Shown piece after piece: positions 13,239 through 26,856 of a stretch of 64,000 nucleotides of DNA (the stretch's first letter is position 1; every line of letters starts with the position of its first letter). The position numbers and the translations under genes were made by a program. The notes below the pieces were generated by a model. It was given only the letters and a program-made list of their open reading frames with translations, searched no databases and had not been told where the DNA came from. This DNA comes from Eledone cirrhosa (Eukaryota): positions 324,570,001 through 324,634,000 of the forward strand of contig OZ024743.1 of the NCBI GenBank assembly GCA_964016885.1, read 5' to 3'.

Positions 13239-13799
13239 ACTTTTTCATATGTAACCCATTTGCAACGCCGCAGCTCCATTATTATCATATTTACACATAT
13301 ATTTTTTCCTCTGCTGCTACCCGTCTGTTTCGTTCTTTGTATCTTTACCCTTTCTAGCAGTCTCTCTCTCTCTGTTAGCCTCTTCCTCACCTTTCACTCA
13401 CTCATTCTCTGTCACTACCTCTCCTCCTCCCCCTTCTTCCCGTTTGACCTGTCCGCATTCTTTTCTCGCGCGTTCTTGACCAAGCCGGCATGAATTTTTT
13501 CTCTCTCTCTCTCTCGTCTGCGACTTCACAGAACTTATGTTTACCGAATTCGCAGACCAGACCCCTTCTTCCTCCCGTTAGACCTGTGCGAAATTCCTTC
13601 CTTGCTCACATTTCAACCAGGTTTGATGGTCTTTATTCTCTCGTTCACGATTTCACCGAACTTATATTCATAGAAATCTGGGACTTGTTTCTTTCTTCAT
13701 CACTTTCTGTTGCTTAAACCATTTTGTTTGTTTACCGTAGCGTCCCCTTTATTTACGTGTCCCAACGACTTTTTTTAGTCGTTGCTCGCACCAACCTGA

Positions 13800-14015
13800 G
13801 GTACCCTTAATATAGTTCTCAGGGAGATTTAGCGTGACACAGAATGTGAACATAGCTGGACCATCGAATTACAAGTACAACTCATTTTTGCCAGTTGAGT
13901 GGACTGAAGTTACGTGAAATAAAGTGTCTTGCTCAAGGACACAACCCGCCTTCTGGAATCGAACTCACGACTTTACGATTGTGAGCCGAATATCCTAACC
14001 ACAAAGCCACACGCT
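13800..14015 (-). mobile_element. tRNA-derived SINE family B
   Basis: CGTGAAATAAAGTGTCTTGCTCAAGGACACAAC...GGAATCGAACTCACGAC...CCTAACCAC.AAGCCAC. A/B boxes on the minus strand; homologous to 45560-45706, 25213-25330 and 36675-37010. Confidence 0.8.
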
Positions 14016-14679
14016 TTTAAATACATACATACATGCATACATACATACATACAACGGGCCTCTGTTTCCGTTTACCAAATTCCACTCACAAAGCATTTGT
14101 CAACCTGAGGCTACAGTAGAAGATACTTTCCCAATGTATTACACAGTGAGGCTTAACACCGAACCACATATTTGTGGAACTCTTTAACTACACAACCATG
14201 GCTCTTGCTGTATAACAATTGTTAAATGATAGTGAACCTTGTTATAATTTGGCCGGGTCATCATGTCCATCTCCACTGCGGAGAGGAAAATAGGGTTTCA
14301 AGATCTAGGGGTACGATATGGTTAGTGTGGCTGGTATTGAGAGGAAGACTGGAGCTTAACGCAATACGACAACTGGTGAAGTGGTCTCGCAGTTAGATCG
14401 AAAACGTGAGCTCACGTTTATGAAGAGAAACTCTTTGCCAGGCAACCATGCTTCCGTCCATCTGGTCTATGTTATTAATTAGAGGAAGTTACTATAGTGG
14501 CGTCTTTAGACAACTTCCGCTCAATTCTCATCTGTCTATTGGCTGGTTGTTGAATCATTCATGCTTGTACGAAAACACGCAAGCTAGACATATTTTATAT
14601 ATCGAGGCAATACACACACATTATGCAATATACAACACCCACTCACACACACACACACACACATCTACACACACACACA

Positions 14680-14745
<66 letters not shown>

Positions 14746-15650
14746 CGTGTGTGTGTGTGTAAATACATATATATATATATGCGTATATATATCTATATAC
14801 GTATATATATATATAAACACATACATACTTAATACATACATTTGTATGAATATTGAAAATCGATTACACAGGACGCTGCGCACATGCAATGAAGAGAGAG
14901 AGAAAAAAAACTTGGTAGGTTCTGAATCACCCCCACGACTCCTTGTTTTGTATCCTACCACGCAATTGAGCAATCTCATTTCCTTCGTATGAAAAATGAT
15001 AAAGAAGATTAAAAACAACAAAATGAAGGAAAAAATATATAGACGTAGCAACGATGCGGGATAGGTTTAACGCCATCATTATTTTCCTGTCAGTAAACCA
15101 AAATAATATACAATAAGAACAACTGCAGGAACAACAAAAATAACAACGATATCGTTTATATTCAGAACCATAATAGCAAAATGCTGACCTTTTGCAAGAT
15201 GTATAAGCATATATTATTTGTAATATTTAATCTCATTTATTTACACAGACAGAAATAGTAAAAAGACCGGATGTTCTTTTAAGGTACTTTTGTAATATTT
15301 AAAATGGCGCCTCATTGGGGTTAACTGTGCATTATGAAATCGATAAAATTAAGGCAGTAAATTTACAGAATCGTTAGAGTGTGAGGTAGAAGGCCCTGTG
15401 CTATTTGTTCTGGCTCTCTACATTCTGGGTTCAAATCCCGTCGATGTCAACATTTTTATTCATCCATTCGGGATTGATAAATGTGTACCAAAAACTGGGG
15501 TAGATTCTTCTCACATATACATACATATATATACACACACGCACACACGCACACACACATATATATATATATATATAACATATTAGAAGTAAGTCTGAAT
15601 TACTCCAATGGATAAATAGCTCTTCCGTAGTACATTGGTTTAATAATATT

Positions 15651-15829
15651 TGTTTCTACTTTAGGCACAAGGCCAGCAATTACCCAGTACATTACTGGTA
15701 CTTTATTTTATCGACCCCGTAAGGATGAAAGGCAAAGTCAACCTCGGCGGGATTTGAACTCAGACTGTAAAGGGACGTAACTATGCTGGAAAGCATGGCG
15801 TCCGACCCTCTACCGATACTGCCAATCCA
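15651..15829 (-). mobile_element. SINE family A inserted into the PLE RT gene, 9-bp TSD
   Basis: AATAATATT at 15642-15650 and 15830-15838. The RT frame (WFNNI|KDKNS) is continuous once the SINE is removed. Confidence 0.9.
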
Positions 15830-15832
15830 AAT

Positions 15833-17263
15833 AATATTAAAGATAAAATAGTTCTAGATTCACCCAATTTGACATTGTAGACTTCTACCCGTCTATTACT
15901 CACCCTCTTTTAACGAAAGCCTTAAATTTCGCTAGAAAGTTTATCAATATTTCTGATATTGAAGAGAATGTCATTTTGCATGCTAGAAACACTCTACTTT
16001 TTGTTAACAATGACGCTTGGGTAAAAATATCTAACCCAGAGAACCCATTCGATGTCTCAATGGGTTCTTTTGACAGCGCTGACATATGTGATTTAGTCGG
16101 CCTATTCCTCCTACATACACTTAAAGAGAAATTCCCTAACCATACCTTTGGGCTTTATCGCGACGATGGTCTAATACTTTCCCATACCACCATAAGCCAT
16201 AACTTAGATAGATTAAGGAAAGACTTAATAAAAACCTTCGCTAGTTTTAATCTTAAAATTACCATTGACACTAACCTTTCCAATGTTAATTTTCAAGATA
16301 TAAACCTAGATCTGCCTACTGCTTCTTATAAACCGTACCATAAACGTAATGAAAATTTAAAATATATAAATAAAGGCTCTTGCCATCCTCCTATAGTTTT
16401 TAAAAACCTTATCCCTAATATTAGCCGCAGGATCTCCACCCTCTCTTCCTCAGAAGCTATTTTCAATAAGGCATTCCCCTACTATAATAAAGGCCCTTCA
16501 AAATAGCGGATTTAGCGAACGGATTAAGTACATACCCAACAATACTAACTCCTTTAAACATAATAATAGGAAAAGAAAAATAATCTGGTCCCCCCCCACC
16601 CCCTACTCTTTAGCAGTTAAAACTAATGTAGGCAAAAAATTCCTAGAGCTCTTAGATAAACATTTCCCTAGAACACATAGATACTATAAGATCTTCAATA
16701 GAAACTGTGTCAAAATCAGCTACTCCTGCGGTCCCCCTATTAAATCTTATATCTCCAATAAGAAAATACCCAGAGAACATCAAAATTGCTCCTGTAGAGT
16801 CAAAAGTGAATGCCCATTACAAGGTAAATGCAACACCAAAGCCATTGTATATGCGGCTAAAGTGACAACCACCAGCAACAACCTACCAGCCACCAGCGAA
16901 CGATATGTGGGTATGACACAAGACACATTCAAAACGCGTTATTACTCACATGTCGCATCTTGCCGACATCCTGAAAAAAGATTTACAACAGCTCTGGCTA
17001 GCAGAATCTGGGATTTGAAAGACCAAGGTATCCAATATAAATTGGATTGGTCAATTTTGAACCAATCTAAAGAATATACAAGAGGAACAAGAAGATGCAC
17101 ACTCTGCATAAGTGAAAAATATTGGATTTTACAGAACCTTAAATCACCAAAAACCTGCCTCAATGCAAAAAGAGAAATTTTCACCAGTTGCCCACACATG
17201 AAATCACACTTGCTTTCCAGCTCATATAAACTTAACTCACTTTCAGATACTTATCCTCCATAA
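15833..17263 (+). pseudogene. PLE reverse transcriptase-endonuclease ORF, frameshifted
   Basis: ORFs 15976-16506 (RT YRDD) and 16862-17263 (GIY-YIG) are joined through frameshifts near 16495 and 16590. Confidence 0.85.
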
Positions 17264-18380
17264 ACTCTTGTTCTTCACTTTCCTTAAATTACCCTCTTTA
17301 CAGACTTCTCTTTCTGATTTACTCTTATTTTTATTTTTAACTTTATTTTTACTTCACATCCACCAGTGACCCCCCCCCCCCCCCCACCTGCTTTTTGATT
17401 CACTTACCTAACTCCACACATTTTACTTCCCCATTTACTTTCACTACCTGATATCACATGTCACTTGCGTTTTCAACTCCAGATATATTCTGTTGTCTCT
17501 CAGTCGCTTTTATGTATGTATAATTTGTACTCATTTATTCATACGGCTGGTTTTTAATTTGTATCTATGAGTGTGAGTGTGCATGTGTGTGTATGCGTGT
17601 TTGTATATGTATACGAACGCATTCGTATGTGCACGTGTGTGTGTATATATGTGTGTATGTGTGTTTTTATATCAATGTTTTTACATACTTATATATACGT
17701 GTGTGTGTGTATGGGTGCACGTATATGTATGTGTATATATATGTATGTGTATGTATGTGTGTATATATATATATATATAGTCGCGTACGTGCGTGTGATT
17801 AGATATGCGTGTGCCTATATATATATATGTGCTTCGTGTGTATGTATGCGCGCCTTTGTATGTATGTACGCATGTATGTGCTTTTATCTGTACATATTTA
17901 TATATATATTTTTATATATATATATGTGTACGTAGGAACCTATGTTTGTTGTCTATTTTTTCTAGTGTTACTTTATAATTGATAACCCCTCCCTCTTACT
18001 TTCTCTTTGATTAAAAAAAATTGTTATTTTTTTCATTTTTATATATGCCTCAGACTGACACTGCTTTGACTGATACACTCCCTTCCCTGTATATATCACT
18101 CGCACGTATGTGGTCGCGCGTGTGTGTGTGTTTATACGCGTGCTTTCATACTTGTATGTGTATATATTTCAATCCTTAATACCTGAATCTGGATGTACGT
18201 TAACTCTATTATCTTACAATTTCTTTTTCAACATATATTATATACGTATTTGTGATCACACATACACTGATATGCTTGCCCTCATATATGTACTTACGCA
18301 CACATTTTCACTTTACACACGCATTTGTACATACACACATATGTACATTTGTGAGTGAATATACACACATTTATACATTT

Positions 18381-18448
18381 ATTGCCTTGTCTGACGAACG
18401 AATGAGGACGTTTTTCGTATTCGTCTTATTCGGGAAACCTCTGGTAAT
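18381..18448 (+). ncRNA. Hammerhead-like motif in the PLE pLTR, long stem II
   Basis: AUUGCCuugu-CUGACGA-A-CGAAUGAGGACG...CGUCUUAUUCG-G-GAAA-CC-UC|uGGUAAU. Confidence 0.6.
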
Positions 18449-18554
18449 GAGATAATTATATTGTATTGTTTATTATACATTAAATTTAGCTCTGGTACTT
18501 ACATAGAGCACTCTTCCCTCCTATGAATTTTTCAATTTTCAACGGAAACTTCAA

Positions 18555-18622
<68 letters not shown>

Positions 18623-18712
18623 GATTCCTGAATTGTGTGACGGGGTAACCATAGCTAAAACAAGTACACAATACATTGGTAGGGTATAGCCGTGAAACAG
18701 TTCTAGTTCTTG

Positions 18713-18792
<80 letters not shown>

Positions 18793-18915
18793 TGTAAACA
18801 GAACTGCAGACACTAATGCCAGTCTGCTAATGTACAAATCAAGCCGATCAGTCACTGTATATTTTAGAAAATAGCATATATTTTCACTAGCTCTGACAGT
18901 TGGCAGGTGAACAGT

Positions 18916-18965
18916 GAGCTGTACTGATGAAGGGTGATACCCAGAAATATTAGCGTCTGCAGTTC
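18916..18965 (+). ncRNA. Type I hammerhead ribozyme motif
   Basis: GAGCUGUA-CUGAUGA-A-GGGU(gau)ACCC-A-GAAA-UAUUAGCG-UC|UGCAGUUC, with an 8-bp stem I. Confidence 0.8.
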
Positions 18966-19353
18966 TGTTTACATGCCAACACAAGAGCAAGAATGAAGAG
19001 TTCATTCTACTGACATGGCTATAAAAATGAGGCTTGTTTGCGTAATTGCAAAGGAATCGAATGTTATTATTAATATTCGAAAAACTCAGATTACATTTAT
19101 TGTATTCAGTCATGTAGAACGAAAATTTTCTTTTTTATTTGAATTTGACAAAGCCGGCCATTTATCGCTCGTATACAGGAAACTGACTGGCCAGTCTGCT
19201 GATATGCAAATCTGGCTGATCAGTGGATCTGCTAATATGCAGATCTGACTGATCAGCCAGTCTGCTAATGTGCAAATCAAGCCAGTCAGTCACTGTATAT
19301 TTTAGAAAATAGCATATATTTTCACTAGCTCTGACAGTTGGCAGGTGAACAGT

Positions 19354-19403
19354 GAGCTGTACTGATGAAGGGTGATACCCAGAAATATTAGTGTCTGCAG
19401 TTC
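19354..19403 (+). ncRNA. Type I hammerhead ribozyme motif (second tandem copy)
   Basis: GAGCUGUA-CUGAUGA-A-GGGU(gau)ACCC-A-GAAA-UAUUAGUG-UC|UGCAGUUC. Confidence 0.8.
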
Positions 19404-19741
19404 TGTTTACATGCCAACACAAGAGCAAGAATGAAGAGTTCATTCTACTGACATGGCTATAAAAATGAGGCTTGTTTGCATGAGAGGTCCCTTTTGATAA
19501 AGCCATATAGTTGATAGCCTTCATTTTTTGCACAATGCAGCAACTGAGAAGAGCAAGTCGCTAATGCACCTACTTAATTCATTCTATGTTGTGGAAACCT
19601 TGGTCTGGGAAAATGTGCAATTTTACGCATTACAAATAACCTATGGTAAGATTCATGTGTTTAATACATTTAAATCTTGTCACATTGGATGAGTAATGAG
19701 ACAAACAGGGCGTAGAGAATACTCTACATAATCCTGTTTGA

Positions 19742-19885
<144 letters not shown>

Positions 19886-19905
19886 CGTGCGTGTGCGTGC
19901 GTGTG

Positions 19906-19938
<33 letters not shown>

Positions 19939-20067
19939 AAGAGAGAGAGAGTTATAAACCCGTTTGCTCCCATTTACCCAATGAGATATAATTTGAAGGT
20001 GTGTCGAACAAAACTTGTCTCAGAGCAAAGTGTAAGTTCGTAATGTAGCTTTTATTTGCACACACCA

Positions 20068-20173
<106 letters not shown>

Positions 20174-20406
20174 TCTATTTATGGTATGTATGTTTACGGG
20201 CGTTCCAACGTGTTTTAAGTGTGTGTTGATAATATAATCATTTGGAAATTGAATTAATAGAACGAAAGCCATATTTTAATTTACTTCAGCGTGGCATAGA
20301 ATTAATACTAACCGATAATTCAAATATGATCTTGCATTATAAAAAGCTACTTGCATCACACTCATGTATTTTACCATGGCATCTCTCTCACTCTCTATCT
20401 CATCCA

Positions 20407-20438
<32 letters not shown>

Positions 20439-20659
20439 CTCTCTCCCTCCCTCTCACTTCTCTCTTTATCCCTCGCCACCTCTTTCTTTATCTCCTCTTC
20501 CCCCACTCCTTCTCCCCCTCTCTCTCTCCCTCTCTTGACATTTCAGGTTCATTCTCGTAAATCATTTGTCAAAGATTTGCATTTCCTTTATAGATGAAGC
20601 AGATATTTTTTGAAAAATAGGGAAGTACAAAAACGAACTTTCCCATTTAATAATTATCT

Positions 20660-20663
<4 letters not shown>

Positions 20664-20708
<45 letters not shown>

Positions 20709-20976
20709 GTGTGTGTGCGTGTGTGTGTGTGCGTGTGTGTGTGTGTGTCTGTGCGTCTGTGTGTGTCTGCGTGTGTTTGCGTGTGTGTGTGTGTGTGTGT
20801 CTGTGTGTGTCTGTGTGTGTCTGTGTGTGTCTGTGTCTGTGTGTGTGTCTGTGTGTATCTGTGGTGTGTGTGTGTGTGTGTATGTGTGTGTGTGTGCCTG
20901 TGTGTCTGTGTGTGTCTGTGTCTGTGTCTGTGTCTGTGTCTGTGTCTGTGTGTGTCTGTGTCTGTGTCTGTGTGTA

Positions 20977-21046
<70 letters not shown>

Positions 21047-21083
21047 TGTGTGTGTCTATGTGTATCTGTCTGTGTCTGTGTGT
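20664..21083. repeat. Compound (TG)n/(TGTGTC)n microsatellite
   Basis: Visible directly in the sequence. Confidence 0.95.
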
Positions 21084-21315
21084 GAAGGCGCGTGATCTAT
21101 AGTGGTTACGTTGGTTGGGTTTACAATCTTAAAATCATCTTTTGGAATCATCCGGGGCGTCGGTGTGTTCTGCCGTTGCGGTCACCCCAGTCCAGTAAAT
21201 CAAAATAAGTGACTACATGCATCAGGGAGGAGTCTTATACTCTCATTTACTTAACACTAATGAAACTGGTCTAAGTTCCTGTCCGAAGAACCACTGGGAT
21301 TGGGGCAGACTTTAA

Positions 21316-21535
21316 CCCTCTAGCATTTAAACCGGCCATATCCGGCCAGAATTCTCTCACCTCTTTCTGTTCAAACCAACCATAACCAGCCGCACATACT
21401 GATATTAAGGTATTGTCTGAAAATAAATAATATCAACATCTCATAGATTCCATATTATGTAAGAATATTATGTAAGATCAAGCCTTTACCGTGAAAATAC
21501 AATAGTATATATAGAGTAATGTAAATGCTAAAGGA
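21316..21535. mobile_element. piggyBac-type MITE
   Basis: TTAA-CCCTCTAGCATTTA ... TAAATGCTAAAGGA-TTAA: 14-bp imperfect TIRs with a TTAA TSD. Confidence 0.7.
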
Positions 21536-21865
21536 TTAACTCTTTTATTACCTTTACCCGTGGTATACAACCAGCTTTTTCCCGTTGAGGAAAGCGACTT
21601 TTTGTTTTCTATTGACTCCAAAGCAATGAAAGCCAATTAATTCGCTCCACTTTTGAGCCCATAATGTAGAGAGACGAAAGTAAACAACAGCGAGTATCAT
21701 ATAATTTATCTGTTGCTGGCGTTTAGTGTACGAAAGAAACTACCTGAGACACCACACTGCTTTCCTGAACTAAAATTATTTTAGAACATGTATAATTTAT
21801 AGTTTATATATATAACATTAATAATAATAACAGTGTTGTTATTAATGGATATAGACTTAACCAAA

Positions 21866-22002
21866 CTAACACATGTTTCAACCGATAGAGATTTATCCCG
21901 AGGATGTGAGAATATAAAATCAGAAATCTTAGAATTCTAAAATTTCGAATTTTATATTCTCACATCCTTGAATGAATCTCTATCGGTTGAAACATGTGTT
22001 AG
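21866..22002. repeat. ~55-bp-arm inverted repeat (hairpin)
   Basis: CTAACACATGTTTCAACCGATAGAGATT...GGATGTGAGAATATAAAAT versus ATTTTATATTCTCACATCC...AATCTCTATCGGTTGAAACATGTGTTAG. Confidence 0.85.
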
Positions 22003-22049
22003 ATTGACAGCATATCGACTCCTTGGTGTTTATTATTCTTTATACATAT

Positions 22050-22129
<80 letters not shown>

Positions 22130-22302
22130 ATAAGAATATTTATACTTATATATGTTTAATATACAATTATAAATATGGAGGGCAGTACTAAGTGCTAGCC
22201 GGTTACCGGTATGACAAAAGGCTCAATGCAAATTATCAAGTGTTTTACAGAGCCGAGATACAAAGTGTTAAAACAATCAAATCTTATTTTAATACATTTA
22301 TT

Positions 22303-22349
22303 TGCTGACAATTGTTTTTTCCAGAGGGAAGTCTGGAATCATCAGAGCA
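22303..22349 (-). ncRNA. Type I hammerhead motif, G12A lesion
   Basis: UGCU-CUGAUGA-UUCCAGA(cuuccc)UCUGGAA-AAAA-CAAUUG-UC|AGCA. Confidence 0.65.
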
Positions 22350-22657
22350 TAGGGGATGTCTAAACAGGTGATTAAAATCCTAGTCATTCAGAACATTTAG
22401 GTAGATACATAAGTGTTGTTAGTGTCATAGACATGATGTAGAGAATCAGGAGATAAAAGGGTGACTTTTTTACCTGTACCTTTTGCTTGTACCTCTTACC
22501 CTTTCAACCGGTGCTCCTTGTAATTGCATTCTCTCAAGCATAACATCTGTTTAACTTCTGATTCTCTACATGATATCTATGACATTAACAACACTTATAT
22601 ATCTAGCTAAATGTTCTGAATGACTAGGATTTTAATCACCTGTTTAGACATTCCCTA

Positions 22658-22704
22658 TGCTCCGATGATTCCAGACTTCCCTCTAGAAGAAACACTTGTC
22701 AGCA
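22658..22704 (+). ncRNA. Type I hammerhead motif, U4C variant
   Basis: UGCU-CCGAUGA-UUCCAGA(cuuccc)UCUAGAA-GAAA-CACUUG-UC|AGCA. Confidence 0.7.
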
Positions 22705-22741
22705 AATAAATGTATTAAAATAAGATTTGATTGCTTTAACG

Positions 22742-22806
<65 letters not shown>

Positions 22807-22807
22807 C

Positions 22808-22880
<73 letters not shown>

Positions 22881-23201
22881 ACCAATCTGGTACTTTCTCA
22901 AAACAACGAAGACTAGGCTTCTTTAGATAGCTACATCACTGGGTTGTGAGAGTTTTCTTGGGAGCTGCAGGTGTCACCTATTGCTCACAGATACTCACAC
23001 ACACAGACACACATATATATATCATATACCTAAATATTACTAGCACATCCTGTCTCTGATTTATGGCAGTATATTATATTTAGCAGCCTGCTTCTTCTCA
23101 TTTACTGTTGCAAACCGCCGTTGGCTCTGTTGCATTTTATTTGTGAATATTTTAATCAATAACCCAAACTCCTTGTCCCCAACAAATGTTCTGTTTTATT
23201 T

Positions 23202-23248
<47 letters not shown>

Positions 23249-23298
23249 CACATAGAAACGCACGGACACACCCATACACGCACATACACACAAATATA

Positions 23299-23329
<31 letters not shown>

Positions 23330-23349
23330 GCCTATATATGTGCATATTT

Positions 23350-23388
<39 letters not shown>

Positions 23389-24029
23389 CACATATGTACG
23401 ATTATACATACATTCACACACACAAACACACACACACATATATTTATTTATAAGGAAAAGAAATCGAAAATTCAACTGGAGTCTTTTTAAGAATATTTGT
23501 TTCCTTTACCGGTTTGACAGTTCTAATGCTTTTCAAAAGTAGAATTGAGATGGGGGTTTTGTTGTTTTTCTCGCATCTGGTTGGTGTTCGAAAGTCATTT
23601 CTGTTTTATACTCCTAAATAGTAGAGCTTTTCTCTGTTGAAAGGCCTCAGCTGCTATCTCTAGCTGTCGATAATCCTATTCACGTCAGTGGGTTGATGGC
23701 GGGGTGACGTGAATATAAAAAACCACACGTGCTTTTTGTCATATCCATATTTGCTTTTGGTGTGTAATTACAGATAGTTAAATCTCCTTTGCCGATGATC
23801 CGGGATTAAACATCTGTGATTTGCCGATTAATGGTGAAATATATATCTTTAATGAAATATATACAAAGGAGATTAATCATTATTGCAAGGTATCTATATT
23901 CGAGGTTCTCGTTAATTTTTAATATGTTACCTACGTAACTATGTGTGTTTACACTCTCTACAAATGATCTCCTGCAATTTTTGATGTGTTTATTTTATAT
24001 ATATATGTCAACCGATTTTTAATTTAATG

Positions 24030-24160
<131 letters not shown>

Positions 24161-24173
24161 TGTGTGCGTGCGT

Positions 24174-24205
<32 letters not shown>

Positions 24206-25212
24206 ACTCTACAATTAAAGTAGCACGTAGAAATTATAATAAGAATTCTTTGCGCGACGGCTAAGCTTATACTGTTTCGGTAACAAAAATATATACAGCA
24301 AAAGAAAATTATAACATAGAAGTAACCTGCACGGCCTCTGTTAACAAGCACATTTCAACTTACATCCTTTGGACAAAATGGTGAAAGCTTTGCCACTAAA
24401 AACAGCGAAAGATATCCTAATCTACAGCATCAGCCATTCCACTCCACGGGCTGGCTACTAAACTGTGAATCCCTAATAACAGTTATGATTGTTAACCTCA
24501 GGGATAACCCTGCTACATCAGGTATTCTTCTTCACGGGACTTCTTACTGAGCTGAGATGCCCTTACCACAATTCTGGTTCCTGACCCCAGGACTCGACTG
24601 TTTGCTACTTATTTTACTGACACCAACTCCGCCAATAGACTTGGAATCAATTTCGGATTCCAATGGAATTGAACTCAGATGGAAACATGTGTAACTGAAT
24701 ACATCATTCAGAAGTTTCCATCAACATATTCAACATTTCTTTGAAGAAAGACCTTACTTTTTTACTCTTTAGATAAAGACGGGTAGGGCGTACTTTTTAT
24801 TATTATTTAATCAGCGAGAGCGAAGGATAGTGCGTACTTTTTTCCTGTTTAATCGGAAAGGAAAGGATAGTGCATCTGGTCGCTTTCGGAGCAGGGACTT
24901 CAAGAATAGAGAGAGAGAATGGGGAGTGTTAAATCTGCCGCCAAAGGGATAGATAGTGGTATTACTCCCCGCGGGATTTTAACCTAGAACTCAATGAGCC
25001 GCTACAAATATTGTAAGACATCCCGTCCAACGTTGCAGAATTTTCGCCAATCCACTATACTGGAATTGTACTTTATTTTATTGACCCTGAAAGGTTGAAA
25101 GGCAAAGTTGATCTCAGTGGTTTGAACTGAGAGCGGAGACAGTTGCAACAACTAACACAACATAGACAATCCTACTCCGTCCATTTTCCGCCTTAATTGA
25201 TTAGATTTTAAG

Positions 25213-25330
25213 AGAAGGCTTGTGGCTTAGTGGTTAGAGAATTGGATTTGCAATTGTGAAGCTTCAAGTTCCATTTCTGGACCGGGCGATGTGTTATGTC
25301 CTTGAGCAAGATACTTTATTTTACGCTGCT
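25213..25330 (+). mobile_element. SINE family B, 5' part
   Basis: GAAGGCTTGTGGCTTAGTGGTTAGAG...AGTTCCATTTC...TGTCCTTGAGCAAGATACTTTATTT. Confidence 0.7.
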
Positions 25331-25801
25331 CTTTCTACCAAGAGTTGAGACTGGTAGATAGTATCAGGAATGGAAAGACCAATGAAAACATTGTCTCCTC
25401 GATAAGTAAATGAGGTCTGGGATCTTAGCGATTCATTGTACTTATTTTAACGACCAACACACATTCACACTCCCACACAACCGAACATTTTTTTTAAAAA
25501 GCACATACCAATGTAGTCCTTTACACCCCTAAAACAGACGGGTTGGTCACAATAGGAATGTATTTGATCATAGGTATTTTCAGTCAAGAAAATGGTGCAA
25601 GACAAAACAGCAACACCATACTTGTGTGTTCGTGTTTGCATGTGCATGCACATGTTACTGTATAAATGTGGGTATGTGTGTATGTGTGTTAATGTGTGCA
25701 TGTAAGTGTAATATGTCATACACATGCACACATACACACACATATATATATCGTATGTTTATGTATACATATATACATATGTGTACATGTGTTTGTGTGT
25801 G

Positions 25802-25871
<70 letters not shown>

Positions 25872-26491
25872 AAAAAGTATGACCCCGACGGCAGAGCCCA
25901 AGCCGTTTCGACGGCTATTTCTGTATACGTACACACACACACATATATATATATATGTGTGTAAGTGTATGTGTCAGTGTCTGTGTCTGCGTGTGCACCA
26001 GTCAGTGTGAGTGTGTGTGTACGTGAGTAGTTATGGAGCCAGTCAGTGTAAACTGCACACTTCATGCATTGTCTATTTAAAAACAAATAGAAAAAATGTT
26101 GAGAAAAAAAATAGAAAAAATAGAAAAACTGTTGAGAGTGTGTAAGAACAATTCGACAATGATATCTGTGTGACGACGTATCTGACGCCTTCTGTGAAAA
26201 TATTTATTACTCAAAATTGGATCATCAACGTAACAGTCTATATCTTGACTGTGGCAGACAACAATCTTCTCAAGTTGTTTACATTCTTACTTCAACCCTT
26301 TCCTTGTCATATTTCTAATGAGAGACATTGCCTAGAATGGTTTAAGTATTTTGAAAATAATGAGGACTTATGGAGGAATTCAGTAATATATTATAATTAG
26401 GATTATTGACTTAGTGTTTGGAACATAACTTAACAAATGTTCTTATATAAAATCGTGATGGAAGGTTTTTAGGTAAATATAAACTCTTTAA

Positions 26492-26856
26492 CACTTTTGT
26501 TGCTATATTTCTAAAGAAAAACACAGTCTACGATTTCCAAATAATCAGGAATTTGGAGGGATTTCATAATAGTATCAGTTGAGGGTCGGACGCCATGCTT
26601 TGCAGCGTAGAGTTACGGCGCTTTCCATTCTGTGTTCAAATCCCGCCGAGGTTAATTTTGCTTTTCATCCCTACGGGGTCGATAAAATAAAGTACCAGTA
26701 ATGCACTGGAGTAATTGCTGGCCTTGTACCAAAAGAAGAAACAATTATTACAATAGGTTTTAAATAAATCTAAACACTTTTAATTAAACACTTTTAATTA
26801 AACAGCTTTGTATCGTAGAAACGAGGACAGATTCAGTCGGTTTGTTAACAACGGTG
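26492..26856. mobile_element. Possible piggyBac-type MITE containing a SINE
   Basis: TTAA-CACTTTTGTT ... AACAACGGTG-TTAA with weak TIRs. Confidence 0.4.
26568..26743 (+). mobile_element. tRNA-derived SINE family A
   Basis: GAGGGTCGGACGCC...GTTCAAATCCCGCCGAGG...TTTCATCCCTACGGGGTCGATAAAATAAAGTACCAGT...GAAACA. Confidence 0.85.

Larger units (their letters stand above)
15585..18555 (+). mobile_element. Penelope-like retroelement, 5'-truncated, RT + C-terminal GIY-YIG + pLTR (probably Hydra clade)
   Basis: RT motifs QWINS..V.HWFNNI, FDIVDFYPSI, FDVSMGSFDSADICDLVG, GLYRDDGL. Linker CSCRVKSECPLQGKC (CxCx5C). EN motifs IVY...YVGMT..FKTRYYSH and CTLCISEK...LN..REIFTSCPH. The 3' UTR carries an HHR. 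Confidence 0.9.
18790..19480 (+). mobile_element. 438-bp partial tandem repeat with two hammerheads (retrozyme- or pLTR-like)
   Basis: 18818-19040 recurs at 19256-19478. The two CUGAUGA cores at 18924 and 19362 are 438 nt apart. A 27-bp inverted piece sits at the 5' end and 3x33-bp subrepeats lie at 19190-19288. Confidence 0.8.
22267..22740. mobile_element. Inverted pair of HHR-containing pLTR-like modules
   Basis: Arms 22267-22449 and 22558-22740, with HHRs at 22303-22349 (-) and 22658-22704 (+). Confidence 0.85.

Noticed and set aside
13960-14015. tRNA genes suggested by A/B boxes here and in other SINE heads
   Set aside because: They are part of multi-copy SINEs and lack an acceptor stem and cloverleaf.
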